A stretch of DNA of 64,000 nucleotides from Candidatus Obscuribacteraceae bacterium (lineage in GTDB: Bacteria > Cyanobacteriota > Vampirovibrionia > Obscuribacterales > Obscuribacteraceae), in contig JBGASG010000001.1 in NCBI GenBank assembly GCA_044229845.1, forward strand, positions 640,001-704,000. Direction: 5' to 3'. A model generated the notes under the pieces. That model ran no database searches, had not been told where the DNA came from, and saw nothing but the letters and a program-made list of their open reading frames with translations. Position numbers and translations under genes: made by a program. Of the stretch, positions 51,580 through 60,738 are shown piece by piece. Each line of letters opens with the position of its first letter. Within the stretch, counting starts at the first letter, position 1.

Positions 51580-53251
51580 TTCAACGCCGACTCCAGAACC
51601 TGTCGAGCAACCGTCGAGTGGGGAAAGTGCGCCGCCACAGCGCAATCCACTGCCCAACGTCGGTGATATCCTTTTCGTCTTGATGCTCTACTTGATGCTG
51701 TTCACTCTGCCCAATTTCCTTTTGGGTGACGGGTCGACCGGCTGGCATATCGTCACCGGCAACTGGATCATCGATAACCATCAGATACCGCGCACGGACA
51801 TCATGTCGTACACCTTTCCCGATAAGCCCTGGGTGGCGTACGAATGGTTGTTCGATGTGATTCTCGCCGGCTTCGAGCGCATTGGTGGGTTGCCACTTGT
51901 GGCGGTGGCAATCGCCACATGCATCGCCGGACTGTTCACCTTGCTCTATCAGAGTTGCCGCAAGGCTGGATGTTATTTTCTAACCGCCATGTGGTTGTGC
52001 CTGATCGGCTCCATAGTTTCTTCCATACACTGGCTCGCTCGCCCGCACATCGTCACCTTCTTCGGTCTCTATGTCTATGCGACGTTGCTGGAAGACTATT
52101 ATCGCGGCTTAGCATCGACCAGGAAACTCTTGCTCGTTCTCGGGCTGTTTATGATCTTCTGGGTCAACTGTCACCCGGCTTTTTTGGCAGGTTTTGTTCT
52201 AATTGGAATTTATTGGTTCTCAGCCCTGATTGTGCGTTTCGTCAATAGCAACCCGGAGAGCCGGGCTCGTTCGCAGAAGCAACTCAAAGATTTCTCGCTG
52301 GCGTTGGCTGTTGCGGTTGCCGCCAGTTTCGTCAATCCGTACGGCATCGAACTCTACAAGTATGTCTGGGAGTACTTGCATCAAGGTGTCGTCCTGGCGG
52401 CAAATACCGAGTTCATGTCGCCTACGTTTCACGGTGGTCTTCAGCCGACATGTCTGGAGTTTCTCTACTTCCTGCTCTGCCTGGGGCTGGCGACTTCAAC
52501 TAAAAAGCCGACGCTGCCTCAGTTTCTTGCCGTGCTGGCGTTTGCCCACCTGTCATTGTCGAGTGTTCGCAGCGGGCCTTTCTTCGTGATTGTTGCGCTG
52601 CCCTTCATTGGTGAACAACTGGGCAACAGCAGACTGAGAGACCTGGTGCCTGGAGTGTTCGAGCCGACGAACATCTTGGCCAAACTGAATGCCTTTTTGA
52701 AGCGCATTGGAGATACTTTTGACGAGCAAGAGTTTTCGTGCACCATGCACATCTTGCCTATCGTAGTGGTGCTGTTTCTCTCAGTGTCTTGTCTGAATGG
52801 CGGCAAGCTATTCGGTGTGCAGATCGTCAAATCTACTTTCGATGCCAAAACCAAGCCGTATGCCACTCTCGATTATCTCGAGAAAAACAAGATGTGGGAT
52901 CAACGCGGCGTCAACTACGACAACTGGGGCGGCTACTTGAGATACAAGACCGGACACCGCGTCTTTATCGACGATCGATCCGACTTTTATGGAGAGAAAT
53001 TCTATCTCGACTATGGTGCCATGTCTGTGCTGGAACCAGGCTGGCAGAACGTCCTCGACAAGTACAAGATCGATTGGGTGATCTATCCCAAGGGCGGCGC
53101 TCTAGCGGAAGGTCTGAAAGAAACAGGCAAATGGCGCGTAGCGGCCGAGGATCAAGCTTCGGAAGTGTTTGTTCGCGTAGTGCCTCTGGGCGCTGCGCCC
53201 GACAAGCAACAGGAACAGAAGCAGGAACAAGGGACACCCCCTCAGAAGTGA
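51569..53251 (+). CDS. Polytopic membrane protein, putative GT-C-fold glycosyltransferase
   Basis: About 10 TM helices; first-loop DGSTGWHIVTG.WI...IP..D..SYT...WVAYEWL, ARPH, WVNCH, NPYG, C-terminal FIDDRSDFYG; ATG 51569 overlaps the end of the GT2 gene. Confidence 0.7.
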   Translation: MEASSTPTPEPVEQPSSGESAPPQRNPLPNVGDILFVLMLYLMLFTLPNFLLGDGSTGWHIVTGNWIIDNHQIPRTDIMSYTFPDKPWVAYEWLFDVILAGFERIGGLPLVAVAIATCIAGLFTLLYQSCRKAGCYFLTAMWLCLIGSIVSSIHWLARPHIVTFFGLYVYATLLEDYYRGLASTRKLLLVLGLFMIFWVNCHPAFLAGFVLIGIYWFSALIVRFVNSNPESRARSQKQLKDFSLALAVAVAASFVNPYGIELYKYVWEYLHQGVVLAANTEFMSPTFHGGLQPTCLEFLYFLLCLGLATSTKKPTLPQFLAVLAFAHLSLSSVRSGPFFVIVALPFIGEQLGNSRLRDLVPGVFEPTNILAKLNAFLKRIGDTFDEQEFSCTMHILPIVVVLFLSVSCLNGGKLFGVQIVKSTFDAKTKPYATLDYLEKNKMWDQRGVNYDNWGGYLRYKTGHRVFIDDRSDFYGEKFYLDYGAMSVLEPGWQNVLDKYKIDWVIYPKGGALAEGLKETGKWRVAAEDQASEVFVRVVPLGAAPDKQQEQKQEQGTPPQK

Positions 53252-53276
53252 CCCCTGCTCCAGGCGTGTGATGTTG

Positions 53277-54344
53277 TTACTGAACCGGTTGAATGCCAGG
53301 TTTATCGACAATCGGTCGATGATACTTCTGTTCCTTGAGCTTGATCATCTCCGACGCCGTGACCACAGGCGAGTTATCAGAGTACTTGTCGATCCAGCTG
53401 ACGACGGTATCTAATGTGGTATCGTCGAACTGACCTTCTTCAAGAACCAGGTGACTCGACTGTCCTTGCAGGACGAGTCCCTTCTTGTCTGTCTTCACTT
53501 TATTGAAGACTTTGATGATCGACTTCGGGCTGACCAGTCTGTCTTTGTAGCCCTGTACGATCAGAATCGGCGTGTGGTCGATCTGCGTCGCGGCTTTCTT
53601 GTTGCCCATTGCCAGTTTGCGGAACGCCATCAAATCGCGCACGCGCAGGCGGCGACGCTGCTTTGGATCATTCAGGAGTTTCTGTTTCACGTTTTCGCTT
53701 TCGGTAGCGTTTTCAATCACGAGCTTGCCGATATCGATTTGAGCATCGGCACCACCGACCAGTCCGGCTGCCACCATCTTCGCCACTGTCGGTAATGTGT
53801 ATCGCGAGTTGCCCGCCGGCACCGATGCGATGACGCCGTCCATCAGTTCAGGGTTCTTCGCTGCTACGTGCAGTGCGATTGAACCGCCCATCGATTCGCC
53901 CATGAGGAACACCGGCAGTCCTTTGTTTCTTTCCCGGATGACTTGCAGACCCTCTTTGATGTCTTCGAAGGTAAGGTCGAAATTGACCTTCGGGTCGGAC
54001 GCATACTGCCAGACGCCGAAACCGCGCACGTCAATCGCGTAGACAACGATGCCCAGTCGAGCCAGCTTGCGAGCCAACTTTCCATAAGTCTCCTTGTGGA
54101 ATCCGAGACCGTGCACGGCAAGTACCGTTGCCCAGGGTTTGACGCTCGGATCAGCCCATGTGCAGAAGGCTGCCTTGTTGGGTAGTTCAACATCAACAGG
54201 ATTGATTTCCTGAATCGCCACCGCCACAGGCGCCGGCGCATCCGTACCGACTATCGTTTCTTCTGCTTTGACGGACCCCACGTTACCGACCAAAAATGCT
54301 GCTGCTGCCGCTGCGCATAGCACTTGTTTCCTCATCTCGCTCAT
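53277..54344 (-). CDS. Exported alpha/beta hydrolase (lysophospholipase-like); paralog of 29711-30763
   Basis: Signal peptide, VHGLG, DVRGFG, GESMGG, VQG.KD, SHLVLE. Confidence 0.9.
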   Translation of the reverse strand: MSEMRKQVLCAAAAAAFLVGNVGSVKAEETIVGTDAPAPVAVAIQEINPVDVELPNKAAFCTWADPSVKPWATVLAVHGLGFHKETYGKLARKLARLGIVVYAIDVRGFGVWQYASDPKVNFDLTFEDIKEGLQVIRERNKGLPVFLMGESMGGSIALHVAAKNPELMDGVIASVPAGNSRYTLPTVAKMVAAGLVGGADAQIDIGKLVIENATESENVKQKLLNDPKQRRRLRVRDLMAFRKLAMGNKKAATQIDHTPILIVQGYKDRLVSPKSIIKVFNKVKTDKKGLVLQGQSSHLVLEEGQFDDTTLDTVVSWIDKYSDNSPVVTASEMIKLKEQKYHRPIVDKPGIQPVQ

Positions 54345-54490
54345 ATGCTTTCACTTACTCCCGTGGGGTGTTTTCGGAAGTCCTGACGCAAATGCAGCGG
54401 TTGAGGTTTCCACCTGGCAACAATAATTTTTGTTGTCGGCTATGGGGCTGATTGTGCTTTCTCCCTAAAGAGTTGTCCATGACGGTTACC

Positions 54491-55099
54491 TCACTGGATC
54501 TTGCCTGTCTTGGCTCCCGGCACCATCGATGTATAGCCAATACGTTTGCTCGCTGCTGTTTCCAGGTCAGATATGGAGGCGCCCGATTCGCTCGATTGCA
54601 CTTGCTCCATGTTGTTGTACAACACGTTGAATATTTGCTCCCCTCCGCTGCGAACGCAATCTTGAAAGAGTTCCGCTTTGGAGATAAATCCGTCTTTGTC
54701 CGAGTCGATATCGTTGAAGAGTAAGCTGACTCGGTATGCATCGCCGAAAACACTCTCTTGCACGTCTGAAACGCGATGTGCTTCATTGAGGATTTCGAGA
54801 TCACCGAATTCGACGACGTCCGGATCGCCTGCCGTGGAGGCAATGGACTAGTACTTGGAGTAAAGCGCGCGCACGGTGCTGGGCGGGTCTATTCTCATAA
54901 GCCGAAATGCCGCCAGCGTGTCTCCGGTTTCCTGGCGCGAAAGCGTGCCATCGTCATTGGTGTCAACTGCCGACGCGTGCCTGAGATCGTAAAGTTGAGG
55001 CGGGTACTGGTAAGGGAGCAGCTTCTGGGTGCACTTATCTTAATCCGAGACAGGCGGTGCGAATTCAGACGGAATAAGTAGATTGCGGGTCAGCCTCAC
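54491..55099 (-). pseudogene. EF-hand protein pseudogene with two in-frame stops
   Basis: One frame reads VRLTRNLLIPSEFAPPVSD*DKCTQ...AVDTNDDGTLSRQE...LYSKY*SIAS...NDIDSDKDGFISKAEL...KIQ*; stops at 55040-55042 (TAA) and 54848-54850 (TAG); two canonical EF-hand loops. Confidence 0.65.
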
Positions 55100-55733
55100 C
55101 GAGATCCCACGGCGCAAGTTTCATTTCCCAGAAGCCGTCCAGGCGGCCGCAGGCGACGAACGAGAGATCCAGAGCCGCCGATGCATCCCGGCGCACGCCG
55201 TGAGAAGCGTCGGTTACGCGGACGAACTGCTCGAAGTTGTTATATTTGGCGTTCTGGCTGTCTGGAGGAAACCCGGTCGCCAACAGCGATACAGCCAGCG
55301 ATTTGCTTTGAGAAACCTTGATCTGTTTTTCGTTCAGATAAGCTCCCTTGCCCCGCTCCGCCCAAAACACTTCATCGGAGATCGGATTGTAGACCACGCC
55401 GAAACGCGCCTGACCTTCGACTTCAAAGCCGATGGAAACGCTGAAGAATGGATAGCTGTGGGCGAAATTGGTGGTTCCATCGAGCGGATCTATAAGCCAG
55501 CGCCGCTTTGCGTCCTTGCTCTCCAGTAAGCCGCTCTCCTCAGCCAGGATGTAGTCGTCCGGAAAAGCTTCGCGAATAATCGAGATGACGAGCGCTTCCG
55601 AGGCTTTGTCGACGTCGGTGACCACGTTGAAGGCGCTTTTGTAGTCGATGTTCTTGATGTTGCCGACACCCTTGCGCAGTACTTCGCCAGCCTCCTGGGC
55701 GGCGCGCAACGCGACTTCCTTGACTTTCTCCAC
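55065..55733 (-). CDS. suhB: Inositol monophosphatase (SuhB family), C-terminally truncated; possible pseudogene
   Basis: VTDVD, AEES, WLIDPLDGTTNFAH, ATGFP, RRDASAALDLSFVACGRLDGFWE..LAPWD; the expected continuation (xAAG.LIV.EAGG.V) is missing and replaced by GEADPQSTYSV*. GTG 55733 with AAGGAG SD. Confidence 0.88.
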   Translation of the reverse strand: MEKVKEVALRAAQEAGEVLRKGVGNIKNIDYKSAFNVVTDVDKASEALVISIIREAFPDDYILAEESGLLESKDAKRRWLIDPLDGTTNFAHSYPFFSVSIGFEVEGQARFGVVYNPISDEVFWAERGKGAYLNEKQIKVSQSKSLAVSLLATGFPPDSQNAKYNNFEQFVRVTDASHGVRRDASAALDLSFVACGRLDGFWEMKLAPWDLGEADPQSTYSV

Positions 55734-55812
55734 TGCGGTCTCCTTTTCTTTCGGCCCGGCTATTGTAGCTAAGAGGGGCAATAACAATCGTTTACCAAGC
55801 GCTGCTGCCCGA

Positions 55813-55841
55813 TTGACGGGTCTTGGCCTTGAAAGTAGTGT
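55813..55841 (+). promoter_or_regulatory. Putative sigma70 promoter of the ileS leader
   Basis: TTGACG (55813-55818)-N17-TAGTGT (55836-55841). Confidence 0.6.
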
Positions 55842-55871
55842 TAACCTATTAAAGTGAGCGTCCCCTCTCCG

Positions 55872-55976
55872 ATGAAAACCGTGTCACCAGCAACCCAACC
55901 GAAAGTCCCAAATGTGGGCGCCTCTGGCGCTTTCAGTTTGTTGCTGGGTTCTCAGATAATCATTATTGGCGGCTAA
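55872..55976 (+). CDS. ileS attenuator leader peptide (34 aa, Ile4)
   Basis: MKTVSPATQPKVPNVGASGAFSLLLGSQIIIIGG*; ATA ATC ATT ATT at 55956-55967; below the ORF-track length cut-off; SD weak. Confidence 0.82.
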   Translation: MKTVSPATQPKVPNVGASGAFSLLLGSQIIIIGG

Positions 55977-56004
55977 TCGGCTGGGGCAGCAAGGTTTTTC
56001 CTGC

Positions 56005-56038
56005 ACCAGCGCCTCAGGTCGCTGGTTTTTTGTTTTTT
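56005..56038 (+). terminator. Attenuator terminator upstream of ileS
   Basis: ACCAGCG-cctcaggt-CGCTGGT followed by TTTTTGTTTTTT; its 5' arm also pairs with 55980-55989 (antiterminator). Confidence 0.85.
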
Positions 56039-56061
56039 AGAGCACATGTGGAGTTACCGTA

Positions 56062-58893
56062 ATGAGTGAGAAGCAGTACAGCGTCAATTTGCCGCAGACA
56101 GGCTTTCCAATGAAGGCCAACAGCGCGGTGCGCGAAGTGGAACTGCAAAAGATGTGGGATCACGAGCGCGTCTACGAGAAAGCGCTGGATAACCGCAAAA
56201 AGGGCGACAAGTTCGTGTTGCACGACGGTCCGCCTTACCTGAGCTCGGCGAAGATCCACATCGGCACGGCGCTCAACAAAATATTGAAGGACATCGTCAC
56301 CAAGTACAAGGCCGTCAAGGGCTTTTACGCTCCTTATGTGCCCGGCTATGACAGCCACGGGCTGCCGATCGAAACCGCCGTCTTGAAGGATGTGAAAGGC
56401 GGTCGCCATGCTTTGACTCCGGTCGAACTGCGTAAGCGCTGTCGTGAGTTTGCGCTCAGCAATTTGAAAGGACAGGAAGCCAACTTTAAACGCCTTGGTG
56501 TCTGGGGAGATTGGGAGCACCCGTACATCACGCTCGACCAAAAGTTCGAGGCGACTCAAATCCGTGTGTTCGGCAAAATGGCAGAGCGTGGGTATCTCTA
56601 CAAAGGATTGAAGTCTGTTCAGTGGTGCCCGACCTGCGAAACAGCATTGGCTGAAGCCGAAGTCGAGTACGCAGACCACGTGTCTGATTCGATCTACGTC
56701 AAGTTTTCGGTCGCCGATGACTCGCGGGATAAGCTGCCGCCGGAGGTGAAAAACGAAAAGGATGTGTCGTTCGTGATCTGGACGACTACTCCGTGGACAC
56801 TGCCGGCTAATCTAGGCGTGGCATTGCATCCTGATTTTGTCTACGAGTTTTTGAAAGCTCCGACCGGCGAAGTCGTGGTGGTGACTGAGGCTTTGAAAGA
56901 AGCCTTCCTCAAGGAAGTCGGTTGGGATGCCGCGCAGACAAAGGTTCTTGCCACTCGCAAAGGCAAAGAACTCGAACTTATGAACACACGGCATCCATTT
57001 ATAGACCGCAACAGCCTGGTCATGGTTGGTGAACACGTAACCGCCGAGACCGGTACCGGTGTTGTGCACACCGCTCCCGGCCACGGTCCTGAGGACTTTG
57101 AGTTGGGCGCGAAGTACAAGGTCGGCGTTCTCAATCCGCTCGATGGACGTGGTGTCTTCACCGAAGAAGGCGGCAAGTTCCAGGGGTTGCGGTACGACAA
57201 GGCCAACCCGGAAGTTGTGGCGCACTTGAAAGAACTAGGAAAGCTGCTCAAGCACTCAACCTACTCGCACAGCTATCCGCACTGCTGGCGGTGCAAGAAA
57301 CCGCTCGTCTTTCGCGCGACGGAACAATGGTTTGCGTCGGTCGACGGATTTAGAGATAATGCGTTGCGCGCAATCGATGCTGTGCAATGGTTGCCGGCGT
57401 CTGGTCGCAACCGCATATTCGCCATGGTCGAAAATCGCTCCGACTGGTGCATCAGCCGCCAGCGCGCCTGGGGCGTACCGATACCGGTGTTCTACTGCAA
57501 TCAGTGCAATAAACCGGTCTACACGCCGGAGACGGTCGAACGCATCGCCTCAGTCTTCGAAAAAGAAGGCTCCGACAGTTGGTGGGAGCGCGAACCCGAG
57601 CACTTCCTCGGCAAAGGATTCAAGTGTCCGCACGATGGCGGCACCGAATTCACGCGCGAGACGGACATCATGGATGTCTGGTTCGACTCGGGAACCACGT
57701 GGGCATCCGTCATCGACGGACGTCCGGAGTTGCTCGGCTCTCCCTGCGAGATGTATCTCGAAGGCAGCGACCAGCACCGCGGATGGTTCCAGTCATCCCT
57801 TCTGACCAGCGTCGCCGTACATGAGCGGGCACCATACAAGACCGTGCTCACGCATGGTTTCGTCGTGGATGAAACCGGACGCAAGATGTCCAAATCAATG
57901 GGCAATGTCGTCGAGCCTGATGAAGTGATCAAGCAGTACGGCGCCGATGTACTGCGTCTCTGGGTGGCTTCTGTCAACTACACCGATGACATACCGATCG
58001 GCAAAAACATGCTGGCTCAGCTGGCCGAGGTATATCGCAAATTACGCAACACTGCACGCTATCTTCTGGGTAACCTGCACGACTTCGACCATGCAACCGA
58101 TGCGGTCCCTTTGGAGAAACTGAAAGGGCTGGACGCGTACATATTGCATCGCCTGCAAGAGGTCGTGAAAGAAGTCACTGAAGACTTCGACCGCTACGAG
58201 TTCTTCAAGTACTACCAGCTGTTACAAAACTTCTGCGTAGTCGATCTGTCCAGCTTTTACTTCGACATCGTCAAAGACAGACTCTACACCTCAGGCAAGA
58301 AAGACGAGAACCGTCGCGCTGTCCAAACAGTATTGAACGAGATACTGCAAGTGTTGGTGCGTCTGCTGGTGCCGGTAACGCCACACCTTGCGGAAGACAT
58401 CTGGCAGCACATACCGTCGCAATTGCGCGGCGTGGAAGCGAGCGTGCTTCTCACAGATTTTCCGAAACCACGAGCGGATCTGATGACTCAAGATCCAGTC
58501 TTCTGGGATGAGTTGATCAAGGTGCGTTTCGTCGTCAACAAAGCGCTGGAGCAAGCCCGCGCCAGCCGGAAGATCGGCAGTTCGCTGGAAGCTCAGGTCA
58601 AACTGAAAGTCGACCAGCCCGATCTGGCGACCAAAGTTTCGTCGCTGGGCGCTGAGTTGCCCGGATTCTTCATCACTTCGCAAGTAGAAGTGTTGCCGGA
58701 GAAGGAACAGCTGCATACCGAAAATGGGCACCTTTCGCACGTCAGCGAAGGCGGTGTCAGTGTACTTGTGCTGCCGGCGACGGGAGCCAAGTGCGCACGG
58801 TGCTGGAAGTTCTCCGACAAGGTCGGCGACGACAAATCCTTCGCCGATCTCTGCGATGTCTGCGCAGCCGTAGTCGGTGCTGAGAAAAAGTAG
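56062..58893 (+). CDS. ileS: Isoleucine--tRNA ligase (type 1)
   Basis: LHDGPPY, HIGT signature variant, WTTTPWTLPAN, GTGVVHTAPGHG, WCISRQR.WG, EGSDQHRGWF, KMSKS, C-terminal CARCW...LCDVC zinc finger. Confidence 0.98.
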   Translation: MSEKQYSVNLPQTGFPMKANSAVREVELQKMWDHERVYEKALDNRKKGDKFVLHDGPPYLSSAKIHIGTALNKILKDIVTKYKAVKGFYAPYVPGYDSHGLPIETAVLKDVKGGRHALTPVELRKRCREFALSNLKGQEANFKRLGVWGDWEHPYITLDQKFEATQIRVFGKMAERGYLYKGLKSVQWCPTCETALAEAEVEYADHVSDSIYVKFSVADDSRDKLPPEVKNEKDVSFVIWTTTPWTLPANLGVALHPDFVYEFLKAPTGEVVVVTEALKEAFLKEVGWDAAQTKVLATRKGKELELMNTRHPFIDRNSLVMVGEHVTAETGTGVVHTAPGHGPEDFELGAKYKVGVLNPLDGRGVFTEEGGKFQGLRYDKANPEVVAHLKELGKLLKHSTYSHSYPHCWRCKKPLVFRATEQWFASVDGFRDNALRAIDAVQWLPASGRNRIFAMVENRSDWCISRQRAWGVPIPVFYCNQCNKPVYTPETVERIASVFEKEGSDSWWEREPEHFLGKGFKCPHDGGTEFTRETDIMDVWFDSGTTWASVIDGRPELLGSPCEMYLEGSDQHRGWFQSSLLTSVAVHERAPYKTVLTHGFVVDETGRKMSKSMGNVVEPDEVIKQYGADVLRLWVASVNYTDDIPIGKNMLAQLAEVYRKLRNTARYLLGNLHDFDHATDAVPLEKLKGLDAYILHRLQEVVKEVTEDFDRYEFFKYYQLLQNFCVVDLSSFYFDIVKDRLYTSGKKDENRRAVQTVLNEILQVLVRLLVPVTPHLAEDIWQHIPSQLRGVEASVLLTDFPKPRADLMTQDPVFWDELIKVRFVVNKALEQARASRKIGSSLEAQVKLKVDQPDLATKVSSLGAELPGFFITSQVEVLPEKEQLHTENGHLSHVSEGGVSVLVLPATGAKCARCWKFSDKVGDDKSFADLCDVCAAVVGAEKK

Positions 58894-58917
58894 CGCAGCG
58901 AGAAACAAGGAGTCAAA

Positions 58918-59184
58918 ATGAGTCCAGAGCAGATGGCCGGGCGGGTTTGGATATACGCCGTTGCTGCACTGGTGCTAGTACTTACTGCACTTCTCTTGCC
59001 CGATCTGATTGCCAAAGTGCGCAAGGTGGAGCTGACGAAGCCGGCGGATCACCCGTTATTCCGCAATGGTGGAGTCATTGAGGTGGTGGTGATGCTGATC
59101 TTGTTTCCATCCCGCCTGGTTGAGGCATGTTCGAAGACTCCGGCAATTAAAGCGAAATCCGACGAAGAACAGAAACTTGAATAG
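58918..59184 (+). CDS. Small hypothetical membrane protein
   Basis: AAGGAG SD; two hydrophobic segments. Confidence 0.65.
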   Translation: MSPEQMAGRVWIYAVAALVLVLTALLLPDLIAKVRKVELTKPADHPLFRNGGVIEVVVMLILFPSRLVEACSKTPAIKAKSDEEQKLE

Positions 59185-59198
59185 CACGTGGTCGTAAT

Positions 59199-60119
59199 CT
59201 ACTGATTTAAGACCACGGCTGTGTTTTCCCAGTCGGCCCAGGAAGCCCGACGCATGTGCGGAGGGCTGTCGGCGAGAGTGGGGTCACCGGAGCCGATGGT
59301 GTCTCTGATGCGGTTTCCGCTGTGGATGCGAATGGTGTAGTTGTTAGGTCCGCCGGGGATCCACTCGCGAGTGCCTTGCCCGTCCTTCAGCGGCTCCACC
59401 ATGCGTCCATCCGGGTACTTCGTAAACCAGCCGCCGTCTGCGTAAGTTCGCTTGATGCCACCGTCCGGGGTGGGTGTCTCGTCATAATTGTCATTCGGAG
59501 TCGGTCCCCACACGTGTCGGCTGCCGTCTGGCTTCACGACGAAGCCTTTGTCGTCATCGCCCAACATGGATACTTCACGGACCGTGCCATCCGGCCAGGT
59601 TGTTACGGTGCGAAGTGTCTCCCAGTTGATTCGCTCGATGCCACCATCGGCGGTGGTTTCGTAGTTGTCGGCCGGGGTCGGACCCCAATGTTTTCCAGAC
59701 CCGTCGGAACTGACCACGAATCCCCGCCCATCCGGGTATTCCACGCGGACGGTATTGTCCGGCCAAACGGTTTTCAGACCTCCCTTTTCCCAGTACTGGG
59801 TGCCGCCATCCTCGGTCTGCCAGCAAACGCCCTCCGGCGGTTTGCCGGTGGCGGTAGGTGCTTTCGTGGTGTCGGCTGCGGATCCGTCCTTGCCGCCGCC
59901 GACCTGGGCTTGCAAGTCTATTTCCACGGCCCCGGGAAAGCCGCCGGGCAGATCTGCAGCTGCTCTCATCAGCAACGCACTATTGGATCTGGAACTCAAA
60001 TCGGTCGCCAGCGCCAGCTCTGTAGTGCCGGCGTTGCCGCCGACCGGCAGTTCGCCAACTATTATCTCCGGTGTCGGTCCAGACACCTTCTTGAAAGTAG
60101 CTTCGGGTTCGGGGCTCAT
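59199..60119 (-). CDS. Hypothetical protein with PDG-type beta-hairpin repeats
   Basis: Two ~50-aa repeats (WPD.TVR...GFVV..DGS...WGPTP.DNY....DGGI.R); disordered N-terminus; no signal peptide. Confidence 0.75.
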   Translation of the reverse strand: MSPEPEATFKKVSGPTPEIIVGELPVGGNAGTTELALATDLSSRSNSALLMRAAADLPGGFPGAVEIDLQAQVGGGKDGSAADTTKAPTATGKPPEGVCWQTEDGGTQYWEKGGLKTVWPDNTVRVEYPDGRGFVVSSDGSGKHWGPTPADNYETTADGGIERINWETLRTVTTWPDGTVREVSMLGDDDKGFVVKPDGSRHVWGPTPNDNYDETPTPDGGIKRTYADGGWFTKYPDGRMVEPLKDGQGTREWIPGGPNNYTIRIHSGNRIRDTIGSGDPTLADSPPHMRRASWADWENTAVVLNQ

Positions 60120-60261
60120 GCGGGAAGAGTCCTATCTCGGTGGTAATGAGGCGGGGTGGTGGACCGGTCGGGTGTACTTGAGTGGGGTTTTTGGGTGGAC
60201 TTGATTGTTTTGGATGGCGAGTCGGTAACCTACCGCTCTACGGGCACATGCCCCGTCTTTG

Positions 60262-60717
60262 TCACGCACTGCCGGTCGACATCGTCGAAACCGGCGGAAT
60301 CACTGCTGATGGTTTGTAGATGGGTGGTGCGCCGGACCGGTATGCAAAGCAGTTGCCTTGTCCCTCGTAGGCGCGATGCGCGCTCCAGCGGTCGATATTG
60401 CTCAAGGCGACCCAGGCGTTGTACTGCATCCGCTTGTCGGAGCTGTGGTTGTATACCCACATGTATTCGGTTTGAGCCATTTTGATCTGGGTGAGTGCCT
60501 GGTAACACAGTCCCATGTAATAGTGCGCCCGGGCATCTTTCGGGTTCTTTTTCACGAGAGCCTGGAACTTCGTCAGAGCCTTGCCGTACTGGCGCTGGTT
60601 GTATAGGTTGATGGGGTCTTCGGCATTGGTCAGATTGCCCGCGCCGACGGGCTGCCCCAGTCCCGCCAGGGAGACCAGCAGCATCAATGTCGCAATGCCG
60701 TGACTGATTAGTCGCAT
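60262..60717 (-). CDS. Exported TPR protein
   Basis: Signal peptide; YNQRQYGKAL, AHYYMGLCY. Confidence 0.82.
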   Translation of the reverse strand: MRLISHGIATLMLLVSLAGLGQPVGAGNLTNAEDPINLYNQRQYGKALTKFQALVKKNPKDARAHYYMGLCYQALTQIKMAQTEYMWVYNHSSDKRMQYNAWVALSNIDRWSAHRAYEGQGNCFAYRSGAPPIYKPSAVIPPVSTMSTGSA

Positions 60718-60738
60718 CTGCTTGATATCTTACACCAG

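Noticed and set aside
54848..54850. Recoded TAG (readthrough or pyrrolysine) in the EF-hand frame
   Set aside because: A second in-frame TAA exists, and TAG terminates bona fide genes here (ileS, murT, carB); decay is the simpler explanation.
55860..56061. T-box riboswitch upstream of ileS
   Set aside because: No T-box consensus (GGTGGnACCGCG) and no recognisable stem I motifs; the Ile-codon uORF explains the leader better.
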